Below are positions 21,285-30,873 of a stretch of 64,000 nt of DNA, one piece after another. Origin of the DNA: an uncultured Bdellovibrionales bacterium (GTDB taxonomy: Bacteria > Bdellovibrionota > UBA1018 > CAIPTA01); contig CAYQES010000006.1 of NCBI GenBank assembly GCA_964416595.1, forward strand, positions 44,414-108,413. The letters run 5' to 3'. A program made the position numbers and the translations under genes. The notes under the pieces were generated by a model. The model was not told where the DNA came from and did not search any database. It worked only from the letters and a program-made list of their open reading frames with translations. Position 1 is the stretch's first letter. Each line of letters opens with the position of its first letter.

Positions 21285-21322
21285 GTTCGAAAAGCGCATA
21301 GCTAATTTAAGCTAAGTTGGTT

Positions 21323-21694
21323 TTATTTCTTTTTAAACAGGGCCTCGGCGGCGCTCTTCAGCGAATCCTTTGCGGGGCCCGAAGCCAAGCCAGATCCGCC
21401 AGAGCGGGCTTGGAACCACTCACAAAAATTGCCTTTTTCTTTTTCCACTTGCCGGGGGGCCTGTTCTTCCCGGCATTCGTTATTGTAGGAGCGATCATGG
21501 TGCTGGCAATTGCGGCACACGCGGGTATCCGCGCCGCAAGCGCTACAGCTATCTTGCCGGCCTAAATTATTTTCGCCGATTTCTTTTCCGCAGCGATAAC
21601 ACAGCAAGCTCACAGGGGCATGACCTCTAGTTTCTCTTCGTTGATTTCCAAAGCCTTCAATAGGGCCAGCGCTTCGGAAATCGTGGTGAGGCAA
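21323..21694 (-). CDS. Hypothetical Cys-rich zinc-ribbon-like small protein; the start is uncertain
   Basis: Four C-x2-C pairs are present: CYRCG, CSACG, CRNC and CEWF..C. The ORF overlaps the 3' end of carB (21610-21694) in another frame. The real start is probably internal or downstream of the carB stop. Confidence 0.3.
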   Translation of the reverse strand: MPHHDFRSAGPIEGFGNQRRETRGHAPVSLLCYRCGKEIGENNLGRQDSCSACGADTRVCRNCQHHDRSYNNECREEQAPRQVEKEKGNFCEWFQARSGGSGLASGPAKDSLKSAAEALFKKK

Positions 21695-24600
21695 GGCGTT
21701 TTACTTTCGAGCGAAGTGCGACGGATGAAATAAGAATCCTGCACAGCCTTTTCATCGCTCGTGGTGTTCACCACCAACACAAACTCTTTTAGTTTAAGCA
21801 TATCCACACAATTGGGTGAGCCCTCTTGGTATTTCTTCACCACCTGGGAAAGGATGCCGTGCTCTTTTAAGAAAGTATGGGTGCCGCGAGTGGCAAAGAG
21901 GTTGAGACCATGGGCCTGCAGATCCCGGCACACCGAGAGGGCGGCGGCTTTGTCTTCGTCTCTTAAAGATAAAAACACATTCCCTTTTCTGGGCAGCTTC
22001 ATGCTGTTGCCTAAGAGGGCTTTCGCAAAAGCGGCACCAAATGTGGGCGCCCGGCCCATCACTTCACCCGTGGAGCGCATCTCGGGGCCGAGGATGGTAT
22101 CCGTATTATCAAAGCGGTTAAAAGGGAATACGGCGCCTTTCACGTGGTATTGGGAAAGGTTTTCGTCGAGGGCCTTAGGCAGAGAAAATTCTTCGAGCTT
22201 TGCGCCGAGCATAATTTGGGCGGCGATTTTGGCGAGAGGCTTACCCACAGCTTTGCTCACGAAGGGCACCGTGCGGGAAGCCCGCGGGTTTACTTCGATT
22301 AAATAAATTTCGTCTCCCTGCACAGCAAATTGCGCATTCATTAAACCCCGCACTTGGAAAGCAAGGGCCAAATCACAGGCGGCTCGGCGGATTCTTTCGG
22401 CGGTGGAAGGCGAGAGTGAGAAGGGAGGAATTGCGCAGGAAGAATCCCCCGAATGGATGCCCGCTTCTTCGATATGTTCCATCACGCCACCCACCACGGT
22501 GCTAATGCCGTCGCAGAGAACATCTACGTCCACCTCGATCGCATCCCGTAAGAAACGATCCACAAAAAGCGCGCGCCCTTCGGAAACTTGCAAAGCAATC
22601 TCAGCAAAAGCGCGTAGGGAGGTTTCCGTATAGGCGATTTTCATGGCTTGGCCGCCGAGCACATAGCTCGGGCGCACGAGCACAGGAAAGCCTAAAGATT
22701 TACCGAGCGCCACAGCCTCATCCACGGTGCGCACGGTGCCGTTCTCGGGTTGCTTCAAGCCGAGGTGCGTGGCTAAGGTTTCACAACGCTCCCGATCTTC
22801 TGCTTGGTCGATGGCGTTCACGGAGGTGCCGAGGATCGCGAGCCCTCCAGCTTCCAACGCGTGGGCAATCTTCAAAGGCGTTTGGCCCCCAAACTGCACA
22901 ATGGCACCCAAAGGTTTTTCCATGCGGGCGATTTCCAGCACGCTCTCTGTAGTAACGGGTTCAAAATACAAACGGTTTGATACATCGAAATCCGTGCTCA
23001 CGGTTTCCGGATTGCAATTGACCATCACCACTTTATAGCCCCGATCTCGCAAGGCCATGGCTCCGTGCACGCAGCAATAATCAAACTCGATGCCTTGGCC
23101 GATGCGGTTTGGGCCGCCGCCGAGGATCATCACGGTTTTATTCTCTTGGCTCAGCACCGGGGTTTGCTCTGGGGGAATGGGATTCGGCAGCCAGCAGTTT
23201 TGATAGGTGGAGTAGAGGTAAGGCGTGAAGGCTAAAAATTCGGCGGCGCAAGTGTCTACGGCCCTGTAAGAAGGGTGGAGATTTAATTCTTGGCGTAAGT
23301 TGCGGATGTTTTCTTCTTTGGTGTGGAGAATTTCCGCTAGATATCGATCGCTAAAACCAAAAGCTTTGGCGCGGCCCAAGGTTTCTGGGCGGGCTCGGAA
23401 TTTTTCTTCTTTCCAGCCAAGGGCGGCCAAAGATTTTTCTGCGTCTAAAATTTCCGCGAGCTGCCGCAAGAACCAAAGATCAATATGGGTGGTGCGGTAG
23501 AGTTCTTCCAAGCTAATGCCTTGGCGGATGGCCGAAGCCACATAGAAGAGCCTGAGGTAGTGGGATTTAGAAAGAAATTTTAAGAGAGTGTTTTTGCGCT
23601 CCTCTGTGAGTGGCGCTTCGTCGTATTCGGTGGGTTTTAGCCAAGTGTAACGGCTTTCCATGGAGGCCAGGGCTTTTAAAAATGCTTCTTTAAAATTTGC
23701 CCCGATGGCCATGGCTTCGCCCACGGATTTCATGGTGGTGTTGAGGATCGGAGTGGAATCCCTAAATTTATCAAAATCAAATCGGGGGATTTTCACCACC
23801 ACATAATCCAAGGTGGGCTCAAAACTTGCGGGTGTGGAGCGGGTCACATCATTGAGTAGTTCGTCCAGCGTATAACCAACGGCTAAGCGCGCCGCGATTT
23901 TGGCAATGGGGAAACCCGTGGCCTTGGAGGCCAAAGCGGAAGAGCGGGAAACCCGCGGGTTCATTTCGATCACGATCACCCGGCCCGTGGCAGGGTTCAC
24001 GGCGAATTGAATGTTGGAGCCGCCTGTGTCCACACCAATTTCCCGGATCACGCGGATCGATTGATCCCGGAGCACTTGGTATTCCACATCCGTGAGAGTT
24101 TGCGCAGGAGCCACAGTGATGGAATCCCCCGTATGCACGCCCATGGGATCTAGGTTCTCGATGGAGCACACGATGATCACGTTGTCTTTTTTGTCGCGTA
24201 CTACTTCGAGTTCGTACTCTTTCCAACCGATGAGGCTTTCTTCCACGAGCACTTCGTGCACAGGAGAAAGTTCAAGGCCCCGCTGCAAAAATTGCACAAA
24301 TTCTTCTCTTGAATTGGCCGTGCCGCCGCCTTCACCACCCAAAGTGAAAGAAGGGCGCAAGATCACGGGGAAGGGAATTTGTTGCAAGGTTTCGAGGCCC
24401 TCATCCACGCTTTTTACGGTGCGGCTCTGGGGCACATCGAGCCCTGCTTTCAGCATGGCTTGGCGGAATAGTTCCCGATCTTCCGCTTTTTTGATCGATG
24501 TAATATTCGCGCCGATAAGTTCCACGGAATATTTTTCCAAAATTCCCCGCTCGGCTAATTCACAGGTGAGGTTCAGGGCCGTTTGCCCGCCCATGGTGGG

Positions 24601-24861
24601 CAAGATCGCATCGGGCCGTTCTTTCTGGATTACTTTTTCTAAAAAATTAACGGTGAGGGGCTCAATGTAAACAGCGTCGGCGGTTTCAGGGTCCGTCATG
24701 ATCGTAGCCGGATTGGAATTCACAAGAATCGTGCGGTAGCCTTCGGCGCGCAACGCTCTCAAGGCTTGGTTGCCGGAGTAGTCGAACTCGCAAGCTTGGC
24801 CGATCACGATGGGCCCGCTACCGATCACCAAAATGGATTTAAGGTCTGTGCGTTTAGGCAT
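21610..24861 (-). CDS. carB: Carbamoyl-phosphate synthase large subunit
   Basis: The product is 1083 aa. It has duplicated ATP-grasp halves and an MGS-like C-terminal domain. The N-terminus is [30 protein letters not shown]. Confidence 0.96.
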   Translation of the reverse strand: MPKRTDLKSILVIGSGPIVIGQACEFDYSGNQALRALRAEGYRTILVNSNPATIMTDPETADAVYIEPLTVNFLEKVIQKERPDAILPTMGGQTALNLTCELAERGILEKYSVELIGANITSIKKAEDRELFRQAMLKAGLDVPQSRTVKSVDEGLETLQQIPFPVILRPSFTLGGEGGGTANSREEFVQFLQRGLELSPVHEVLVEESLIGWKEYELEVVRDKKDNVIIVCSIENLDPMGVHTGDSITVAPAQTLTDVEYQVLRDQSIRVIREIGVDTGGSNIQFAVNPATGRVIVIEMNPRVSRSSALASKATGFPIAKIAARLAVGYTLDELLNDVTRSTPASFEPTLDYVVVKIPRFDFDKFRDSTPILNTTMKSVGEAMAIGANFKEAFLKALASMESRYTWLKPTEYDEAPLTEERKNTLLKFLSKSHYLRLFYVASAIRQGISLEELYRTTHIDLWFLRQLAEILDAEKSLAALGWKEEKFRARPETLGRAKAFGFSDRYLAEILHTKEENIRNLRQELNLHPSYRAVDTCAAEFLAFTPYLYSTYQNCWLPNPIPPEQTPVLSQENKTVMILGGGPNRIGQGIEFDYCCVHGAMALRDRGYKVVMVNCNPETVSTDFDVSNRLYFEPVTTESVLEIARMEKPLGAIVQFGGQTPLKIAHALEAGGLAILGTSVNAIDQAEDRERCETLATHLGLKQPENGTVRTVDEAVALGKSLGFPVLVRPSYVLGGQAMKIAYTETSLRAFAEIALQVSEGRALFVDRFLRDAIEVDVDVLCDGISTVVGGVMEHIEEAGIHSGDSSCAIPPFSLSPSTAERIRRAACDLALAFQVRGLMNAQFAVQGDEIYLIEVNPRASRTVPFVSKAVGKPLAKIAAQIMLGAKLEEFSLPKALDENLSQYHVKGAVFPFNRFDNTDTILGPEMRSTGEVMGRAPTFGAAFAKALLGNSMKLPRKGNVFLSLRDEDKAAALSVCRDLQAHGLNLFATRGTHTFLKEHGILSQVVKKYQEGSPNCVDMLKLKEFVLVVNTTSDEKAVQDSYFIRRTSLESKTPCLTTISEALALLKALEINEEKLEVMPL

Positions 24862-24872
24862 GATACTCCTTC

Positions 24873-25454
24873 TTAGGGACTCAAAAATTCTAAGTTGTCG
24901 GCCCCCGTTTGTTGGGGTTCGATCTTGTGGGGGCTTTTTTCGTTAAAGGCACTTACGGCTTTCACTAATTCCTCTTTAGCGTCCTGGGTGGAGCGCCAGC
25001 TAAAGAGGGTGGCGCCTAAGAAAAATCCGGCGGTAACTCCGGAGATGATGTCGTACTCCCGGCGCTTATCCGTGTTTTTTTCTGGGGCCTGTAAAATAAC
25101 GCGGTTTAAGATCAGACCCGATAAAAATACGCTAGCTAAGATCGTATGAAATTTGGCGTCCTTTTGGTGCGCAGTCATGCGATTCAAGTGCTCATTGGAT
25201 TCTGGCACCCGTTGTAAGGCGTAGCGTAAATCCGTTTCAATGGGGCGGGCCAAGGCTTCCCGGGTGAGGGGGGCCAGATCGTAGATCTTACCCCGGTAGG
25301 TAACCATCCAGTTGCAATCGTTGAGTACACTAAGATCAGGGGTTTTGGCTGGGCTCGCGCCGCTTGCAGACACAGCAAGAAAGAAAAAAGGCACTAAAAA
25401 TTTCCAGTACCTTCTATTTGTTCTCACCTTTGCCACCTCCATTAGAACTACCAT
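24873..25454 (-). CDS. Hypothetical secreted/membrane protein
   Basis: The signal-like N-terminus is [24 protein letters not shown] second hydrophobic segment is present. The stop lies 12 nt before the carB start. Confidence 0.45.
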   Translation of the reverse strand: MVVLMEVAKVRTNRRYWKFLVPFFFLAVSASGASPAKTPDLSVLNDCNWMVTYRGKIYDLAPLTREALARPIETDLRYALQRVPESNEHLNRMTAHQKDAKFHTILASVFLSGLILNRVILQAPEKNTDKRREYDIISGVTAGFFLGATLFSWRSTQDAKEELVKAVSAFNEKSPHKIEPQQTGADNLEFLSP

Positions 25455-25512
25455 AAAGAACCAGGGGGGATAAGAAGGAAAATGCCAATTTCTGGGCGGG
25501 CCTCGACGGGCT

Positions 25513-26844
25513 GTGTCTAGTCCGAGGAATGTGGTTTTCTTAATGCTTTGCTATAGTACAGCCATGGCAAACGTAGACCGCACTTCCCTCTGGGCTTGGG
25601 CTCTGGCTCTGTGGGCCGCTGCAACTTTAAGTTTCATGGCGGGCATGGGCATCGGTAGCACGGTTTTTGTACTCACTTGCCTCTGGTATTTGCGGAAAGA
25701 AAAAATCTGGCCCGTACTGAAAAAAGAGCCCTTACTGTGGGTGAGCCTTGGCCTCTTGCTAGCCGCTTTATTGAGTATAGTTTCTGCTCACCTTGCTCCG
25801 CCCCTTGGCCTGCCCCTACAAAACTTTCGCGAGTTGCAAAAATTCCATTATTTTTTACTGCCGTTTTTTACGGCCTTCGCGCTCCTAAAAACCTCAGGGC
25901 CAAAACTCGAATTCGAAAAACACCCCCTATGGAAAGCCCTATGTGCCATGGCGCTTTTGGTTTCTGTGGTTTCTATTTTGCAATTTTGGGGCGGTTATCT
26001 TTTCCCCGAGTCTTGGCGAGAATCCCGTTTTTTCCGGTCCGTGGCAACGGGAGAAGATATCGCTTTTTACCATGCGCAAGGCTTGATGTATTTCCATTTG
26101 AGTTTTGCTTCCGCCATGGGTTTTGTGTGCTCTTATGTGGGCGCCCGTTTATTGTGGCCGCTAGCTACGGACGGAAAAAAGGAAAAGATTTTATGGGCTG
26201 TACTATTACTGTTTACCTCCCTCGCTTTTTTCTACACCTATTCCCGCATCTCTTGGGTGGCGTTAGGCGCCCTCTTTGTGGCCTTGTTTTTTTTAAAACG
26301 CCCAAGCTTAGGTGTGGCCGCTGTGCTGGCCGTAGTGATTGGCGCAAGTTTAGTGTGGCACTTTTCGCCCACGGTGCGGGGCCGTTGGCATTTAGCCCGT
26401 AATGCCATCGTGGAACGGCAGCAGGTTTGGGCAGGTGCCAGGGAGATGATAGCGGATCGCCCGTGGCTAGGAGTAGGTTTTGGCAAAACCGGTTACTACA
26501 GCACGCCCTACGCTACCCGGGCCATTGGCTCAAAACCGATTTTTTCTAGCCATGCCCACAATAATTTTCTCGATATTTTAGCGGCCACCGGTGTGGTGGG
26601 CTTGGTGCCATTTCTTTTGTGGTGGATCGTGCTTTGGATCTACGGTTGGCGTAGTTTTTGGCGCTCCCCGGAAAATGAACGTTGGCTACCGGGGGCGTGC
26701 CTCGCAGCCTTTGTGACCTTTCATGTGAATGGACTCACACAGGTGAATTTTTTCGACGCTAAAAGCCAGCATTCCTTGATGTTATGGGCGGGAATCTTGC
26801 TCGCCTTGGAGTGGCGCAGGCGGGCTCGTTCGGAAATTATCTAG
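25513..26844 (+). CDS. O-antigen ligase family (WaaL / Wzy_C-like) polytopic membrane protein
   Basis: About 10 predicted transmembrane segments are present. The Wzy_C-like segment is FFYTYSRISWVALGALFVALFFL, and a large periplasmic loop follows. Confidence 0.6.
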   Translation: MSSPRNVVFLMLCYSTAMANVDRTSLWAWALALWAAATLSFMAGMGIGSTVFVLTCLWYLRKEKIWPVLKKEPLLWVSLGLLLAALLSIVSAHLAPPLGLPLQNFRELQKFHYFLLPFFTAFALLKTSGPKLEFEKHPLWKALCAMALLVSVVSILQFWGGYLFPESWRESRFFRSVATGEDIAFYHAQGLMYFHLSFASAMGFVCSYVGARLLWPLATDGKKEKILWAVLLLFTSLAFFYTYSRISWVALGALFVALFFLKRPSLGVAAVLAVVIGASLVWHFSPTVRGRWHLARNAIVERQQVWAGAREMIADRPWLGVGFGKTGYYSTPYATRAIGSKPIFSSHAHNNFLDILAATGVVGLVPFLLWWIVLWIYGWRSFWRSPENERWLPGACLAAFVTFHVNGLTQVNFFDAKSQHSLMLWAGILLALEWRRRARSEII

Positions 26845-27888
26845 CACCAATTGGTAGAGCGCGAGTGTTTTACTGGCCAATTGCTCCAAAGAATACTGTT
26901 CTTGAATCCAGCCTTGGCTAGATGGCGAAACTTTGCGCGTGGGCTCCCCGGATCGCTCGCGAAAACTTTTTTCCCACAGTTCAATAGAGTTTGGATCCAA
27001 GAATTCTGCCTCTCGAACACCCGCCAAGGCTTCCCGGTGGGGGGGGATATCGGAAACCACTGGCACCGCACCCGCCAAAGCCGCTTCCAAAGGCGGCCGG
27101 CCAAAACCTTCGTAGAGGGAAGGAAAATAAAAAGCTTTCGCTCCAGCCATCAGGGCTTGGATTTCGCCGCCGGTTAAGAGGCCCATGCGCACTAGGCCTT
27201 TTTGCTCTGGGCCCGGAACATTGGTAACCAATGGTAAACAATTTCCTTTTATAAAGGCCTTGTAATGGGCTTGGAAGAGCATATTTGTGTTTTTGTGGGC
27301 TTTCGGATTCGAGAGGCAGAAAAAATATTGTCCAGCTGGCAATTTCAATTTGGCTAGTACGTTTTCATCTTCTTTCCCTAAGGGTTCGATGGCGTTGGGG
27401 ATCACGGAAATCTTTTTCCGTAGGTTTTGGGATTTTAGCCAATTGTCGAGCTCGTCTTTGGCCGCGTGGCTCACGGTGCTTACGGCGCTGGCGCCGAGCA
27501 ATGAGGGCAAGAGCAAGTAGCGGTAATAGGAACGCTGCAGAAGGGAGCCAAAACGCAAATGGTTGAGGTCGTGCACGGTTTGGATATGGGGGCAGGGGTA
27601 GTGCCAGAGGCTCGCAAAACTTGGGGTATGGTAAAGGGCGGGGCGTAAGGCGCTAACGGTTTTGGGCAAAAGCCAGGGCTCCAGGGGATGCAGGAAGTCC
27701 AAGGATTCCTGATGGGGAAAATGCCGCAAGGGGGAGTGGGCCGGGCAGCCTTTGCTCACTAGAAAAAAAATTTCTAAAGGCGGTTTTTGTTTTTGCCAAG
27801 CGTTGGCGAGTGCGAGCACATATTGGGCAATGCCGTGCCCTTGGGTTCCCACCATTCGCCCGTCCACCACAATCCTTGGTTTCGCCAT
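26782..27888 (-). CDS. Glycosyltransferase family 4 (GT-B fold, RfaG-like)
   Basis: The motif EGFGRPPLEAALAGAVPVV matches E-x-F-G-x-x-x-x-E. The 3' end overlaps the convergent ligase gene by 63 nt. Confidence 0.75.
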   Translation of the reverse strand: MAKPRIVVDGRMVGTQGHGIAQYVLALANAWQKQKPPLEIFFLVSKGCPAHSPLRHFPHQESLDFLHPLEPWLLPKTVSALRPALYHTPSFASLWHYPCPHIQTVHDLNHLRFGSLLQRSYYRYLLLPSLLGASAVSTVSHAAKDELDNWLKSQNLRKKISVIPNAIEPLGKEDENVLAKLKLPAGQYFFCLSNPKAHKNTNMLFQAHYKAFIKGNCLPLVTNVPGPEQKGLVRMGLLTGGEIQALMAGAKAFYFPSLYEGFGRPPLEAALAGAVPVVSDIPPHREALAGVREAEFLDPNSIELWEKSFRERSGEPTRKVSPSSQGWIQEQYSLEQLASKTLALYQLVLDNFRTSPPAPLQGEQDSRP

Positions 27889-27964
27889 AGATCATTCTTA
27901 TCATGGAGGAATAATTCCGCACATCCTCTTGCGCCTTTATCTGGTCACAATGTATCACTACCCT

Positions 27965-28915
27965 ATGGCTAAACAATCCGTTCTGATCACCGGCGCTGCC
28001 GGCTTCATTGGCTCCCATCTTTCTGAACGTTTTTTACAAGAAGGCTACTCGGTGCTGGGCGTGGATAACTTTCTCACGGGTCGGGAGCAGAATTTAAAAG
28101 ACGCTCTACAGCATAAAGATTTCCGTTTTGAAAAGGCGGACGTAACCAAGCGCTTTGATTTCGCGAATCCCTTTGGTGGAAAATTTTCCTGGGTGTTTCA
28201 CTTTGCTTGCCCCGCAAGCCCTATCGATTTTGAAACCCTTTCCCAGGAAATTTTGGAAGTAGATTCCAAGGGCACTTTACTTGCCCTCGAATTTGCCCGT
28301 CAAAATGGCGCCGCTTTTTTCCTGGCGAGCACTTCGGAAGTGTATGGCGATCCATTGGTGCATCCACAAAAAGAAGACTACTGGGGCAATGTGAGTTCCA
28401 TTGGCCCCCGCTCCTGCTACGACGAAACCAAGCGTTTTTCCGAAGCTGCCGTGATGGTGTTTCACCGCAAATATAAGCTCGACACCCGCATCGTACGCAT
28501 TTTCAATACCTATGGGCCTCGCATGCGTTTGGATGATGGCCGTGTGGTGCCCGAGCTTTGCAGCCAAGCCCTAAAAGGCAAAAAACTCACCCTCCACGGA
28601 GATGGATCCCAAACGCGCTCTTTTTGTTTTGTGAGTGATCTTGTGGACGGCATTTTCAAAATGAGCCAGAGCAAGGAAAACTATCCCATCAATTTGGGCA
28701 ATCCCGTGGAATATTCCTTGAACGATTTTGCCAAAGTGATTGAGCGTTTGGTGGGCAAAAATTTGGGCGTGGAATATTTGCCCGGCCGCCCCGATGATCC
28801 CCGCCGCCGTTGCCCCGATATTTCCAAGGCGCGAAAGCTCCTCGGTTGGGAGCCCAAAGTTTCTTTGGACGAAGGCCTAAAACGCACCATGGAAGCCTTC
28901 CGCCGGGAGCTATAA
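27965..28915 (+). CDS. UDP-glucuronate decarboxylase (UDP-xylose synthase)-like NAD-dependent epimerase/dehydratase
   Basis: The Rossmann motif is GAAGFIGSHL. The catalytic YxxxK region is present. GDGSQTRSFCFVSDLVDG matches the UXS-family segment. The start was chosen at the internal ATG of the 27752 ORF (MAKQSVLITGAAGF). Confidence 0.75.
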   Translation: MAKQSVLITGAAGFIGSHLSERFLQEGYSVLGVDNFLTGREQNLKDALQHKDFRFEKADVTKRFDFANPFGGKFSWVFHFACPASPIDFETLSQEILEVDSKGTLLALEFARQNGAAFFLASTSEVYGDPLVHPQKEDYWGNVSSIGPRSCYDETKRFSEAAVMVFHRKYKLDTRIVRIFNTYGPRMRLDDGRVVPELCSQALKGKKLTLHGDGSQTRSFCFVSDLVDGIFKMSQSKENYPINLGNPVEYSLNDFAKVIERLVGKNLGVEYLPGRPDDPRRRCPDISKARKLLGWEPKVSLDEGLKRTMEAFRREL

Positions 28916-28921
28916 AATTCC

Positions 28922-30085
28922 ATGAGTAATTTGCCCGTGCCTGCGCTTCCTTCTTGGACTCAAACTTCCGGCAGGGTGGCCATCGTGCACGATTGGCTAA
29001 CAGGCATGCGGGGGGGCGAAGCCATTCTCGATGTGATCGCGGAACTTTTTCCAAACGCTGATCTTTTCACGCTCCTGCAAACCGACTTCACCATGACGCC
29101 CACCATTTTAAATGGGCGAAAAATACATACTTCTTATTTACAAAAGCTCATGGGCCTGCGCCGTTTTAACCAAGGCTATCGCCAGCTTTTACCCCTCTTT
29201 CCCCACGCCATCGAGAGCTTGGATCTTTCTGGCTTTGATCTCATCCTCTCCAACACCCATTGCGTGGCCAAGGGCGTGCGCAAAAAACCGGGTGCCTTGC
29301 ATGTGGCTTATGTTTCCACGCCCATGCGCTATATCTGGGATATGTTCGACGAGTATTTTGGCCCCGGCAAAAGCGGGAAACTCACAACGCTCGCGGCGAA
29401 GGCCGTGCGGAAACGTTTGCAGGAATGGGATGTGCGGAGCACCAATGGCGTGGATCACCTAATCGCCAATTCCCATTTTGTGCAAAAGCGCATCCAGGAT
29501 TTTTGGGGTAGGGAATCCACCGTGATTCATCCGTTCGTGGAAACAAATAAATTTCCCGCGGAACTAAACGGCCCTCCGAAAGATTATTATTTGATTGTTT
29601 CGGCCTTTGCGCCCTACAAGCGAATCGATCTTGCCGTAGAAGCTTTCCGCCGCTTGGGGCTACGGCTCGTGGTGGTGGGCAAGGGGCAGGACGAAACAAA
29701 ACTCCGGCGTTTGGCTCGAGGTGCTGCCAACGTGCAATTCCATGGTGGCCTTTCCAACGAAGCCCTAGGCGAATTATACCGCCGGGCCCGGGCGTTAATT
29801 TTTCCAGGCCTCGAGGATTTTGGGATCACGCCCTTAGAATCCATGTACAACGGCCGGCCCGTGATCGCCTATGGCAAGGGCGGCTTGCTCGATACGGTGA
29901 CCCCCGCCACAGGGATTTTTTTTCCGGAACAAACCGTGGAAAGTTTGATGGCTGCTGTGCAGCGTTTTGAAAAAGAGAGGGAAAATTTTGATCCCCGCGC
30001 GGCCCGGGAGCGGGCCCTTGGATTTACCCGTGATCATTTTCGCTCTGCGTATGTGGGCTTTCTTGCCTGCCATCTAAAAACCTAG
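28922..30085 (+). CDS. Glycosyltransferase family 4
   Basis: The GT4 ExFG...E signature is LEDFGITPLESMYNGRPVIAYGKGG. The gene lies 6 nt after the UXS stop. Confidence 0.75.
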   Translation: MSNLPVPALPSWTQTSGRVAIVHDWLTGMRGGEAILDVIAELFPNADLFTLLQTDFTMTPTILNGRKIHTSYLQKLMGLRRFNQGYRQLLPLFPHAIESLDLSGFDLILSNTHCVAKGVRKKPGALHVAYVSTPMRYIWDMFDEYFGPGKSGKLTTLAAKAVRKRLQEWDVRSTNGVDHLIANSHFVQKRIQDFWGRESTVIHPFVETNKFPAELNGPPKDYYLIVSAFAPYKRIDLAVEAFRRLGLRLVVVGKGQDETKLRRLARGAANVQFHGGLSNEALGELYRRARALIFPGLEDFGITPLESMYNGRPVIAYGKGGLLDTVTPATGIFFPEQTVESLMAAVQRFEKERENFDPRAARERALGFTRDHFRSAYVGFLACHLKT

Positions 30086-30117
30086 TGTACGGTTTTGTCT
30101 TTTGTGCTTATCTTTAA

Positions 30118-30411
30118 ATGAACGAGGGTTTTATGAAAAAAATTTTATCGATCTTAGTTCTATCCTGTCTTTTTTCCACGTCCACTTGGGCGGCTGAATA
30201 TTGCGGTATGTATTTTAAAAAGAGAGCACACCGTAATTACCAATATATTTTATCCTTTATGAATGGGAGCCAGCGGGTGCAGGCGGGTCTTTCCTCCCGG
30301 AATTACGATGTGGTTCGTTTCCTTCATATGGCCCAAAGCGGTACAAGGATTTGCGTAGAAGGTGTGTGGAACGGACGCGTGATCAAGGTAAGTAGCGTTC
30401 GCCCCCAATAG
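30118..30411 (+). CDS. Hypothetical small secreted protein
   Basis: The signal peptide is MKKILSILVLSCLFSTSTWAAEYC. Confidence 0.4.
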   Translation: MNEGFMKKILSILVLSCLFSTSTWAAEYCGMYFKKRAHRNYQYILSFMNGSQRVQAGLSSRNYDVVRFLHMAQSGTRICVEGVWNGRVIKVSSVRPQ

Positions 30412-30414
30412 GCT

Positions 30415-30822
30415 TTAAGCACCCTTTAACAACTCTTCCATTTCTTTTAAGAGGCGGCTCTCTTCATCTTCTGGAGCGGCTTCGTTCGTTTGCGGCGGCA
30501 CCAGTGTGAGCGTGGGATTTTCTTTGGCCGCGGGTGTGGTGTTCAAATGTAAGGTGATGTCGTCGTCGAAAGTGGGAAGACCTTTAATCACTTGCCCATG
30601 GGATTCAAACAATAAAATCCACGGACGCTCGGCTTGCGGGGCATTTTTGTCTTCGCTCTTAGGCAATGGGCCCAACACAGGATAGATTTTTCCATGCTGG
30701 AAAAAAATTGCTTCGGATTTTAAGTGGTGGTGTTGCAATAAACCTGTGGACGGAAAAATGCCTAAGGCTTCTTCCCGCCGGATTTCTTGAAAGCTACCAT
30801 CCATGAGCTTGATGCGGACCAT
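30415..30822 (-). CDS. Hypothetical protein (possible cupin-like); co-directional with and downstream of the metallophosphoesterase
   Basis: The His-rich segment LLQHHHLKSEAIFFQHGKIYP is present. The assignment is weak. Confidence 0.35.
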   Translation of the reverse strand: MVRIKLMDGSFQEIRREEALGIFPSTGLLQHHHLKSEAIFFQHGKIYPVLGPLPKSEDKNAPQAERPWILLFESHGQVIKGLPTFDDDITLHLNTTPAAKENPTLTLVPPQTNEAAPEDEESRLLKEMEELLKGA

Positions 30823-30873
30823 ACTGTATATAGAATCGACAGTTTACGTCTAAGACTTAAGGGCCCTGGAAGC

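Noticed and set aside
25677-26402. A 241-aa plus-strand ORF inside the O-antigen-ligase gene
   Set aside because: It is an alternative frame of the same strand as the membrane-protein gene. It is Arg/Cys-rich with no hydrophobic helices, so it is not credible.
27752-27964. A 5' extension of the UXS ORF (long form 27752-28915)
   Set aside because: The extension overlaps the divergent GT4 gene start at 27888 and lacks the Rossmann N-terminus. The conserved GAAGFIGSH fold begins just after the internal ATG at 27965.
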